Positions 48,299-56,763 of a stretch of DNA of 64,000 nt are shown here, one piece after another. The translations under genes were made by a program, and so were the position numbers. The DNA lies in assembly GCA_047947115.1 (NCBI GenBank), contig CP170459.1, positions 1,888,001 to 1,952,000 of the forward strand. The letters are read 5' to 3'. Source of the stretch: Verrucomicrobiota bacterium (lineage in GTDB: Bacteria > Verrucomicrobiota > Verrucomicrobiia > Limisphaerales > AAA164-E04). The notes below the pieces were generated by a model. That model did not search any database. It had not been told where the DNA came from and saw only the letters and a program-made list of their open reading frames with translations. Every line of letters begins with the position of its first letter. Position 1 is the first letter of the stretch.

Positions 48299-49474
48299 AT
48301 GCAAGCACAACTTACGCCTGAAGAGATTGAATCATATGAAGAATACAAGAAATTTGCGCGCGAATATGTTTCTAAAAAAGCCCTGAACTGGGAACATCAA
48401 CGGGGATTCGATAATGAAATCATTGATGCATGTCGCAGGAAGGGATTTCTTGCTGGGACACTATCCAAGGAGAACGGCGGATTGGGATGGACCGCGTGCC
48501 AATTTGGATTTTTCACCGAAGCCATCGCCCGCCACAGCCCGTCTCTTTCTTCTCTTTTCAATGTGCATACGATGGTCCTTCAATCCTTGCTTCGGTGGGG
48601 GAGTGACCAACAAAAATCGGAACTCCTTCCCGAGTTGGCCAGCGGTCGGAAGCTTGGCGCCATTTGTTTTACCGAACCGAATGCTGGCAGCGATCTCGAG
48701 GGAATCAAAACCACATTCGTCGAGGTGGGCGATATGATCGAGGTCTCGGGCTCAAAAAAGTGGATCACTTGCGGGGCGATTGCAGACGTCTTCATCGTGT
48801 TTGGACGTCTGGGGGACAAGCCTGTGGCGATCCTGATCGACAAGGATACCCCTGGAATAAAGATCAATCCTGCCCCCGAAATGCTGGGATTCCGAGCTGC
48901 ACACCTTGCTAATATCCAATTGAACGGTTGTATGGTTCATAAGGACAATTTGTTTGGGCATCCTGGGACGGCTTTTCGGTTCATGGCTCCCTATGCGCTC
49001 GATTGGGGAAGGTTGAGCGTTACGTGGGCCTGCGTTGGAATGTTACGTGCGTGCGTTGAAGAAACGGCAGAATTCGTGCTTCGTCGAGAGTCATTCGGTC
49101 ATGCTCTCATCGAACACGGCAGCGTACGTTCGCTGTTCACAGAATTGGCGATTCAATACGACGCGGCTCTCCTCCTGACGCTTCAGGCCACTCGTTTGAA
49201 AGACGCGCAAGTTGCCCATGCATCAAATGACATTCTCACGGCCAAGTATTTTTCCTCAAGGGCGATTGCTGGCCAGGCTGCCACGGCGGTGCAACTGTTT
49301 GGCGCACGCGGATGCGAAGAGACTGGCCCTGTTGCTCGCTTCTACCGTGATGCCAAAATAATGGAAATCATCGAAGGAAGTACGCAGATTTCCGAAATTT
49401 TGCTCGCTAAGCGTTATGCTATCCGACACAACAATACCAAAAAACGGGAAATCGAAACAATGGGACAAAACTGA
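48299..49474 (+). CDS. Acyl-ACP/CoA dehydrogenase, FkbI/ZmaE-like
   Basis: TEPNAGSD, GSKKWIT, Q.FGA.G, YRDAKIMEIIEGSTQI. Confidence 0.9.
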   Translation: MQAQLTPEEIESYEEYKKFAREYVSKKALNWEHQRGFDNEIIDACRRKGFLAGTLSKENGGLGWTACQFGFFTEAIARHSPSLSSLFNVHTMVLQSLLRWGSDQQKSELLPELASGRKLGAICFTEPNAGSDLEGIKTTFVEVGDMIEVSGSKKWITCGAIADVFIVFGRLGDKPVAILIDKDTPGIKINPAPEMLGFRAAHLANIQLNGCMVHKDNLFGHPGTAFRFMAPYALDWGRLSVTWACVGMLRACVEETAEFVLRRESFGHALIEHGSVRSLFTELAIQYDAALLLTLQATRLKDAQVAHASNDILTAKYFSSRAIAGQAATAVQLFGARGCEETGPVARFYRDAKIMEIIEGSTQISEILLAKRYAIRHNNTKKREIETMGQN

Positions 49475-49635
49475 AACTCCTACCGGTTTTTACAGGCAAC
49501 ATGAGTACCAATCCAAGCAAGATGTTTCCACATTTGCCGGTTGTGAGAGTCGCACCATCGATTGGTTTGAGTTTCAAATACTCGACGGCTGCCTCTTTGT
49601 GGACACCTTCAACTCATTAGCTTAATCATTACTCA

Positions 49636-50382
49636 ATGAACCTCGCCCATCCGGCAAGTACACAGACGCAATATCAACGGATCGAACTAAGCTATGGCGA
49701 GGATCGTTATGTCGCCCACCTCGTCAGCTTGGCTAAACCTGCATATGATTCCCTGAAGTCTGAACAGGCTCAGTGGCTCCACCCTGAAGAATTGGCCTAT
49801 GTGAAGCAACTGGGTGTTAGTGAAATTCGCAAACGGAGCTACCTGTTGGGTAGGGTGGCAGCCAAGTCCGCTCTCAACCAATACCTAGGCCTCGAAAAAC
49901 TCACAGACTTTCGCATACTACCGGGTATTCTGATGGATCCCATTGTCTATCACCCAATGGCGGTGCCTTGGCAGGTATCCATCACGCATTCCAATACGAT
50001 GGCCTGTTCAGTGGCATTTCCATCCAAACTTCCCATGGCAATCGATCTGGAAGATCATTGTCCGAAGAATGCCAAGGCGATTCAAAGCAAATGCACGCAC
50101 GGAGAGATGGTCATGATACGCGAACTCGGCTTTTCGGCTGAGCAGGCTTGGACAGTCCTTTGGACCGCAAAGGAAGCCCTTTCAAAGGCCATTCGAACCG
50201 GTTTGACCTGTCCGTTTCACCTATTCGAAGTGAAGGCCGTGAGGCGGTTCTCCGAGGAGATCATTACGGGAGAATTTCAATATTTCGATCAATACCAATT
50301 CCGCACATGGCTCGTCGGACGGCACTTTTTATCTCTCATCTTTCCGGTGGGGACTCAGTTGGACTTGAAAACTATTCAATAA
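49636..50382 (+). CDS. Sfp-type 4'-phosphopantetheinyl transferase
   Basis: LHPEE, SYLLGR.AAK, VSITHS, AIDLE, WTAKEALSK. Confidence 0.9.
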   Translation: MNLAHPASTQTQYQRIELSYGEDRYVAHLVSLAKPAYDSLKSEQAQWLHPEELAYVKQLGVSEIRKRSYLLGRVAAKSALNQYLGLEKLTDFRILPGILMDPIVYHPMAVPWQVSITHSNTMACSVAFPSKLPMAIDLEDHCPKNAKAIQSKCTHGEMVMIRELGFSAEQAWTVLWTAKEALSKAIRTGLTCPFHLFEVKAVRRFSEEIITGEFQYFDQYQFRTWLVGRHFLSLIFPVGTQLDLKTIQ

Positions 50383-50545
50383 GGAATGGATTCCTGGATG
50401 GGGGAACGTACGTTAAAAAAATTCGATTGATGCGCGCGTGTGCATCAGTTGTGGGCAATTTCGGCTTCGATGTTGGTGTTGCAAGGAAGGATTCAATTCG
50501 GAAAGCTGGAGTCAGAATTTTTTGTTGCTATGATGGTGAAGTCCG

Positions 50546-52105
50546 ATGATTGTTGGCGTAATGAGTTCACTCCTCCTTGAATTGCTCGGAAAGTTCGCGC
50601 CTAGCTCTGACACGATTTTGTGCGGCCGGAAGCTTAGCGGCTGGACAAAGATCTTAAGTTACGGGAGCCTTATCTGCCTCTCGGTGGGTTGCTACAATCG
50701 TCAGGAGGTAGAAAACCATGAACATTCCGGTTCTCGATTGGACCTTCGTGGACGGGAGGAAGTCATACTAGAGCATCTAGGCTCTCAATACGACAAGAAG
50801 CAAGAACCGCCCGAAGGGAAAACTCCGATTAGGTTACTGGTTCAAGCTGGTTTGCTGGATGGGTTGCCAGCTAAAGACGGGGAACCTTTCCCGCCACGGG
50901 CCGCCGCTCTGGATCGGTTTCAATCCTTTTATGGGGTGGACGTGGATGTTACGCAGGTAACGGAAGCGGATCTTGTCGACGGTCAGTTGACCGAGGAGTT
51001 GCTTGGCGAACATGAATTGATTCTCGTTCCCTCTTATTGGCTTGTATCGGCCAAGGATCAGCGTCGACTTCTTCCTCTTGAAGAGGCGAACATAGAAGGT
51101 CTCAAGTTGATACTAGAAGATTTTGTAAACATCTTTTCTCCGATTCCTCCAAGTGTTGACTTGAATTATTTATTGCCTTACATGCGATTATCCTACGGTA
51201 TTTACTACAATCAGGCCCATCTTTCCACTCCTCCATCGACTTGGGAACAATGTTTTTTGCTTATCGAGGATAGCCGCTTTTGGGATGCCGTTTATTTTTT
51301 GAATGATCCGGAAATTACCTTGAGCATTGCCGCCATCCTGGTAGCTAATTTGGATGAAAGTAGGCAGGCTAAACTGGCCACTACAACGGAGGAATTAGCG
51401 GCGAGATTCCGCGATTTTGGGAGTGGTTTCACATTGCCGGCCATCGATTCGCTTCGGACAGAATGTGTGGATTGGTTCAGTTCAAAAGGAGAGCGGATGA
51501 ACCACGTCAGATTGGAAATGCATCAGAGTGTATTTAAGGAGCATCATGCAGATCAGGATTTGGGATTGCATCAGTACGTCCGCACATTATCAGAAAAAGA
51601 ATTGGATCTAGCTGTTCGATTAATTCAATTGGCACTCGTTTTCGGGGCCGATTTTAGAGGAAATATGGAAAATCCTGTCGACTCAGTGCTTAAGAAATGG
51701 GCGATGATTGTCAGTGCTTCGGGAGACTTGATCCCCAAGGATAATCATTATGCGGATATTCATTACGTGATCCCAGAAGAGGGATCGCTCATTTTGATTG
51801 ATACGTTCGCCATTCCTGCTGGATTATCGGAAGAACGGCTGCATCATGCTTCCAAATTGTTAAACTTTATGTTGCTAAAGCCTGTGGCGGCCAGTGTGAC
51901 CACTTATTCCTCCAGGGCAAGTCTGATTCCCGGATCATCGGCATTTGTGCCATCTGAATTGATCAACTCCCCAATTTATACGCTCCCTTCGCGTGATCGA
52001 ATGCATTTCTTGCCATTTTTTTCACCCGAGCTTATGTCGAGAAAATGGGAACAAATCACTTCTTTTCAGCAAACCCTTCAGTCAGGGATGGGGGTCGCTC
52101 AGTGA
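50546..52105 (+). CDS. Extracytoplasmic solute-binding protein, PotD/PotF-like, with insertion
   Basis: Possible lipobox LSVGC; PY....GIYYN, P.TW and YVIPEEGS....D.FAIP motifs; unusually long; start uncertain. Confidence 0.6.
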   Translation: MIVGVMSSLLLELLGKFAPSSDTILCGRKLSGWTKILSYGSLICLSVGCYNRQEVENHEHSGSRLDLRGREEVILEHLGSQYDKKQEPPEGKTPIRLLVQAGLLDGLPAKDGEPFPPRAAALDRFQSFYGVDVDVTQVTEADLVDGQLTEELLGEHELILVPSYWLVSAKDQRRLLPLEEANIEGLKLILEDFVNIFSPIPPSVDLNYLLPYMRLSYGIYYNQAHLSTPPSTWEQCFLLIEDSRFWDAVYFLNDPEITLSIAAILVANLDESRQAKLATTTEELAARFRDFGSGFTLPAIDSLRTECVDWFSSKGERMNHVRLEMHQSVFKEHHADQDLGLHQYVRTLSEKELDLAVRLIQLALVFGADFRGNMENPVDSVLKKWAMIVSASGDLIPKDNHYADIHYVIPEEGSLILIDTFAIPAGLSEERLHHASKLLNFMLLKPVAASVTTYSSRASLIPGSSAFVPSELINSPIYTLPSRDRMHFLPFFSPELMSRKWEQITSFQQTLQSGMGVAQ

Positions 52106-53185
52106 TGGTGGTTCGGGCATCAGATCATGCAGGAGCGGCATGGCCCGGAAAACCTCAGTAGCTTGCTGAATCTGATCGTCGAGCAAAGCGGGGTCAGTCA
52201 TTTGAAATCGTGATGCTGTGGATGCATCACGGGGAGGCCCTAGCTGATTAGATGCGGCTAGTTGGCGATTTGTATTCGAAAGTGAATCAGGAAGATTCAG
52301 GATGAGCGGTAATCCTTTTTCTCCGCCGACCACCACGACCTTGGCGTTTTCCGAAGTGGCCAGAGCCAAGGTTGCTTGGATACCGAGGAAGGTCAGGTAG
52401 TCATGGAATGAGCTTCCCTGACCTTCTTCGATGAGTGTTTGGAACTTTTGGATGCCTTCTGCTTCAATCTTCTTGCGCAACGCTTCTTGTTCTTCGCGAC
52501 GGATTCTGAATTCATATTCCAGGAATGCTTGTTCTTGTTTGAGCTTGTTTTCGATTGCCGTTTGCAAACTTCTTGGAAGCTCGATTTTTGTCAGCAGAAG
52601 GTCGTCCAAAACAACCAGTTTTTCCTCCAATTCAGGCGCGGCGGCCTCAACCACTCGCCGAACGAGAAGGCCTTGAGAGCGGTATATTTCGTCGGGAGTG
52701 TACTGCCCGAACAGGTAGCGGAGTTTCCCGATGATTTCTGGAACTACCACTTTTTTCGCGTAGTCTGGGCCTAAGTTAACGTGCAACTGAGGTAAAGTTT
52801 CCTTCCTAGGGCGAAAACGAATGGAAACTTGAACTTTTAAACTAAGACCATCCTTTGCAAGAACACTAAAATCCTCCAGCACTTGTTGGACGCGCACGTC
52901 GTATCTCGTCATTTTGTCCCAAGGAAAAATTGTCGTAAGCCCTTCCTTATATCGATAGCGCAGATCCGTGCCACCGAAAAAACGGCGATAAAGGACTCCG
53001 TTCTCACCAGGCTGAATGAAGATGAATATTTGCTGCCAATAGTAGATGGTAAATCCTGAGAGAATGAAGAGACAGATTAAGATCCGTGGTCCCCATTTAT
53101 CAGAAAATCGTACGTAGCGGTCCGTAGCTTTCTTCTTTCGAGAAGAAGGATCGGTTCCCTGCGATTGTTCTCCAGTTTCAGCCAT
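52082..53185 (-). CDS. SPFH/prohibitin-family membrane protein
   Basis: N-terminal TM helix, I.PGE.GVLYRRF.G, EG.....PWD....YDVR, coiled coil AIENKL.QEQ...EA.RK.IEAEGI; 3' end overlaps the convergent gene by 24 nt. Confidence 0.88.
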   Translation of the reverse strand: MAETGEQSQGTDPSSRKKKATDRYVRFSDKWGPRILICLFILSGFTIYYWQQIFIFIQPGENGVLYRRFFGGTDLRYRYKEGLTTIFPWDKMTRYDVRVQQVLEDFSVLAKDGLSLKVQVSIRFRPRKETLPQLHVNLGPDYAKKVVVPEIIGKLRYLFGQYTPDEIYRSQGLLVRRVVEAAAPELEEKLVVLDDLLLTKIELPRSLQTAIENKLKQEQAFLEYEFRIRREEQEALRKKIEAEGIQKFQTLIEEGQGSSFHDYLTFLGIQATLALATSENAKVVVVGGEKGLPLILNLPDSLSNTNRQLAASNQLGPPRDASTASRFQMTDPALLDDQIQQATEVFRAMPLLHDLMPEPPSLSDPHP

Positions 53186-53398
53186 ATCGAACGAGATCTA
53201 TTCGGTGATGATGCATTTTTTCAGATTTGGGTGTGCAGTCATTATTTGGCCTTTATCAATCTTTCCTCATAGTGAAAGAAGAATGGCAAGGGCCTTGTTG
53301 CCTCTTTTAACCTGAGTTAGGATTGTATCACACTGGGCTACTGGCAGGATGCCTAATCCTGACGGCGATTGGCAAGTAGATTCATAAAATCACACGGC

Positions 53399-53804
53399 TG
53401 TGGTTCCTGAATATTCATCGATCCTGTGTTTATTCGGCTATTCTCGTGTATTGATGATGCCGTAGGGGCTGTCCCTCCTAAATATTCATCGAACCAGTGT
53501 TTATGCGGCTTTTCTTGTGTAATGATGATGCAACCCGCCAACCTTCGGGATGGCTACGACCTTTCCTTGACCAGATGGTTCGATTGGTCTCGGTTCCGTG
53601 AATCTTGGTTTTGGCCTACTTCGTTTCAACACCATCAGTTGGTGTTTGAGCGTGAGATTCTCCATCATTAGGTAATTCCGTTGTCGGAGTATTCCCATCA
53701 GCCATTTTGAAATAATTTCCATCCAATCAATCATGTGAATTGAGCCTATTGGCCAGTGTCATAACGTCAACGGGATCAACTGCGGTGAATTTTCAGGAAC
53801 CACA
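53399..53804. mobile_element. Miniature non-autonomous IS derivative with TGT...ACA ends
   Basis: 22-bp terminal IRs TGTGGTTCCTGAATATTCATCG (53399-53420) and its reverse complement at 53783-53804 (20/22 match), plus an internal end-like copy at 53470-53491 (18/22). Confidence 0.75.
53501..53734 (-). pseudogene. Internally deleted integrase-core (rve-type) transposase remnant
   Basis: N-terminal ENL.LKHQL.VLKR joined directly to C-terminal G.VVAIP.VGGLHHHY.R.AA; the catalytic core is absent. Confidence 0.7.
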
Positions 53805-53871
53805 AGGGAACTTCTGTTCTTTAGTCGTTGTGGTGAAATGCGACTCCAACGACCTGAAGTGCTGTACCCGA

Positions 53872-53883
53872 TCCAGAGGTTGG
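53872..53883 (-). repeat. 12-bp copy of tRNA-Asn 3' region (att-like)
   Basis: TCCAGAGGTTGG at 53872-53883 is identical to 53991-54002 inside the tRNA gene. Confidence 0.55.
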
Positions 53884-53986
53884 TTTGCTACCTTAGCAAA
53901 GTTGGATTCGGTGAATTTCCGGTGGAACTTGTCAAGGGAGTACTAACGGAGTACGTCCTAGTAGTAGTGGTGTACTGAGGGAGTAG

Positions 53987-54061
53987 TGGCTCCAGAGGTT
54001 GGACTCGAACCAACAACCGATCGGTTAACAGCCGATTGCTCTACCATTGAGCTACTCTGGA
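53987..54061 (-). tRNA. tRNA-Asn (GTT)
   Basis: Reverse complement TCCAGAGTAGCTCAATGGTAGAGCAATCGGCTGTTAACCGATCGGTTGTTGGTTCGAGTCCAACCTCTGGAGCCA: acceptor stem, D arm, GTT anticodon, TTCGA loop, encoded CCA. Confidence 0.97.
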
Positions 54062-54164
54062 TCCCAGATGGAGTTGGGAATCTAAGAATCGACGGGAGGT
54101 TCGTCAATAGCTTTTAGCGGGTTTTTGTTACTTTTTTGTGGTTTGGTCGGCAATGGCTGCCTTC

Positions 54165-54923
54165 TTAGTCGGTTTGGATGATTTCGATGCCTCGTTGGCG
54201 TAGGGGTTCCAGGCTTGATTGGGGGGCTCGGGCGTCGGTGATGATGGTGTCGACTTGGTCGAGTTCGCAGAGGTGGGAGACGGATTTGCGGCCGAATTTG
54301 GTGTGGTCCAGGCAGAAAATCACTTTCTGCGCCGCCCGGATCATTTCTTTTTGAATGTCGATGAGAAGATTATGGGAGTTGGTGATGCCTTCTTCGGTGA
54401 TGCCGCCGGATCCCATAATGGCGATGTCCGCATGGATGCGGGAAAAGGATTCAACAGCTAAGGGACCGACCAATACGCCCAGTCTGGGGTAAATCACTCC
54501 TCCCGACAGGATCACTTCCACCATGCCGTTGGATGCGTAGAGATTGGCGACGGGGAGGGAGTTCGTGATGATCTGGGGGGATTTGGTTTCCAGGTGTTTG
54601 GCGACATGATAGGCCGTGGTGCCGGCGTCGATGATCACACTTTGATTGCCTGGGATGTAGTCCGCGCAGATTTTACCGATTTTTTCCTTTTCGTCGATCT
54701 CGTGGGTGTCCCGTTCGGAGAAGATGAATTCCTCGGATTTGGGCTGGATCAGGCGCGCTCCGCCATGGGTGCGCTTGAGCTGACCTTTGGATTCAAGGTA
54801 TGTCAGGTCACGCCGGACGGTGGATACGGATGCATCCACCAATTCGGACAGTTCTTCCAGTGAGGAGAACTCCGCTTTTTGCAGGTGCTCGGTGATTCGT
54901 TTCTGACGTTCTTCCGCTTGCAT
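54165..54923 (-). CDS. DeoR/GlpR-family regulator (PvmR-like)
   Basis: HTH S.STVRRDL..LE...L.RTHGGA; IDAGTT, ITNSL, DHTKFG; divergent from the BMC operon. Confidence 0.93.
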   Translation of the reverse strand: MQAEERQKRITEHLQKAEFSSLEELSELVDASVSTVRRDLTYLESKGQLKRTHGGARLIQPKSEEFIFSERDTHEIDEKEKIGKICADYIPGNQSVIIDAGTTAYHVAKHLETKSPQIITNSLPVANLYASNGMVEVILSGGVIYPRLGVLVGPLAVESFSRIHADIAIMGSGGITEEGITNSHNLLIDIQKEMIRAAQKVIFCLDHTKFGRKSVSHLCELDQVDTIITDARAPQSSLEPLRQRGIEIIQTD

Positions 54924-54936
54924 GTTTTTCTTTGGT

Positions 54937-55113
54937 TTAACCGCATCACCGCAGTGGCGGGATCTTTGAGATTTTACAGATTTTCGCAGATTGTTTTTTG
55001 GAAATGCTTGGCAATTATTAACGCCAATTCCTTCCTTTCACGTGAGGGTAGGCCTATGAGTTATACAACGACTTACCTCAACATCTGCGCTAATCTGCGA
55101 AATCTGCGGTTAA
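54937..55113. repeat. Intergenic inverted-repeat element built from GCAGAT units
   Basis: Left arm TTAACCGCA..GATTTTACAGATTTTCGCAGATT pairs with right arm ATCTGCGCTAATCTGCGAAATCTGCGGTTAA. Confidence 0.65.
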
Positions 55114-55188
55114 TATAATGCGAATTTCTGAGGCTCAACTTTGCACAATGTCACCGAACCGTCACTCAAAAACGTTCAAAATCTATCA

Positions 55189-55211
55189 AATATGCTATCT
55201 CATAGCATATT
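55189..55211. promoter_or_regulatory. Palindromic candidate operator in the divergent promoter
   Basis: Perfect 10-bp IR AATATGCTAT-CTC-ATAGCATATT between the regulator and pduL. Confidence 0.45.
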
Positions 55212-55337
55212 GATTTTAATGCATCTTGTTGGAAATGAACATGAGGGTCGCTTGAGTGATAGAAAATGGAAGATATTGAGAGTTATTTCTTGACTTTTTT
55301 CTCGATTTGGAAGATTGTGGATCTTATAAACAAGCTT

Positions 55338-56015
55338 ATGTCCATTCCAACGACCATACCGCATCGAGCTGTTGTCGAGCATTGGGTACGCCAGTCGGTG
55401 TATCAGCGGCTTGGCAAGTCCATGCCGCGCGTGGCGCAGGCGCCGAATCCGCTGGTGGTGAACGTCAGCGCTCGCCATTGTCATCTGACGCAGGAAGCGG
55501 TGGAGGCTTTGTTTGGTCCGGGGCATCAACTTTCCGTTCACAAGTGGCTGTATCAGGATGGCCAGTTTGCGGCCAAAGAAACCGTGACGCTGGTTGGTCC
55601 TCGCAGTCGGGTGATTTCCAATTTACGTATCCTCGGCCCTTGCCGAACCTTGAATCAGGTTGAGCTGGCTTACACAGATGCCATTGCATTGGGATTTGAT
55701 GTTCCGATGCGCAGTTCGGGGAGTATAGAGGGAACGCCGGGAGGCATGCTGATGGGGCCCAAGGGATTCTTTGAAATGAATGAGGGTGTGATCCGCGCCT
55801 TGCGGCATGTGCACATGGCGCCTGAGGATGCCAAGTTTTACGGGGTGAGCCAGGGGGATTTCATGAAGATGAAAGTCGGTGGTCCTTGTGCGATGACCTT
55901 TGACGAGATGTTGGTGCGTGTGGATCCGAGTTTCAAGTTGGAGGTACACATCGACACGGATGAGGGGAACGCGTGCAATTTATTACCGAACACCCCGTGT
56001 GAACTTTTGAAGTAA
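55338..56015 (+). CDS. pduL: Phosphate propanoyltransferase PduL
   Basis: SARHCHL, Q.GQFA, RILGP.R...QVEL, GVIRALRHVHM, HIDTDEGNA; amphipathic N-terminal helix. ATG 55338 preferred. Confidence 0.93.
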   Translation: MSIPTTIPHRAVVEHWVRQSVYQRLGKSMPRVAQAPNPLVVNVSARHCHLTQEAVEALFGPGHQLSVHKWLYQDGQFAAKETVTLVGPRSRVISNLRILGPCRTLNQVELAYTDAIALGFDVPMRSSGSIEGTPGGMLMGPKGFFEMNEGVIRALRHVHMAPEDAKFYGVSQGDFMKMKVGGPCAMTFDEMLVRVDPSFKLEVHIDTDEGNACNLLPNTPCELLK

Positions 56016-56075
56016 GCATCGAATCGTTAATAAAACTATTTTTCCAAAAATCGTATAATCCAAAACAAAATCATT

Positions 56076-56363
56076 ATGAGTGAAGCATTAGGCATGATTG
56101 AAACCAAGGGCTATGTCGGCGCGGTGGAAGCCAGCGACGCCATGGTCAAGGCCGCGAACGTGCGGCTTGTCAAAACCATCCCCATCGGGGGAGGCATGAT
56201 CACCGTTCTCGCACAGGGCGATGTGGGTAGCGTGAAGGCGGCAGTGGATGCCGGTTCCAACGCGGCAGCTCGCGTCGGCGAGTTGATCAGTTCGCATTTG
56301 TTGGCTCGTCCGCATGACGACCTGTTGAAGGCCTTCGTGACCGATGGCAAGGCGAAGAAGTAA
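56076..56363 (+). CDS. BMC-H hexameric shell protein
   Basis: ALGMIETKG...A.DAMVKAANV...GDVGSVKAA..AG...ARPH. Confidence 0.95.
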   Translation: MSEALGMIETKGYVGAVEASDAMVKAANVRLVKTIPIGGGMITVLAQGDVGSVKAAVDAGSNAAARVGELISSHLLARPHDDLLKAFVTDGKAKK

Positions 56364-56401
56364 TTCGCAAGAAACCAATAGAATTTTAACGAAAAGACAT
56401 T

Positions 56402-56683
56402 ATGGCAAATCAAGCAATTGGCATGATCGAAACGCGTGGACTTTGCGCCATGCTCGAAGCATGTGACGCCGCCTTGAAAGCGGCCAACGTCACCATGGTG
56501 GGGTGGGAAAAAGTTGGTTCAGGATTCGTGACCGGATTCTTCCGTGGCGATGTCGCCGCAGTGAAGGCCGCCACAGACGCCGGTGCCGCCGCCGCATCTC
56601 AAGTCGGTGAAGTGATTGGTGTTCAGGTGATCCCTCGTCCGCATGAAGATCTCAGCGGATTAGGTCCTTGGCTGAAGCAATAA
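56402..56683 (+). CDS. BMC-H hexameric shell protein
   Basis: AIGMIETRG...DAALKAANV...[10 protein letters not shown]...VIPRPH. Confidence 0.95.
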   Translation: MANQAIGMIETRGLCAMLEACDAALKAANVTMVGWEKVGSGFVTGFFRGDVAAVKAATDAGAAAASQVGEVIGVQVIPRPHEDLSGLGPWLKQ

Positions 56684-56763
56684 GCAACCGGTTGTCAGTC
56701 GAATTTGGCTTCTTGCCTGTTCGAGGACAACACATTGAATGATCTCAAGTTGATTCGTAACGC

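Larger units (their letters stand above)
1841..53185. other. Hybrid PKS-NRPS biosynthetic gene cluster on a probable genomic island
   Basis: Four megasynthase genes plus TEII, ACP, PPTase, extender-unit cassette, hydrolase and exporter, bounded by an IS and by a tRNA with a mobile-element remnant. Confidence 0.93.

Noticed and set aside
46331..49474. Fatty-acid beta-oxidation genes or methoxymalonyl/aminomalonyl cassette
   Set aside because: Linkage to FkbH and an NSL-type ACP indicates extender synthesis; no FkbG methyltransferase or stand-alone Ser adenylation enzyme is visible.
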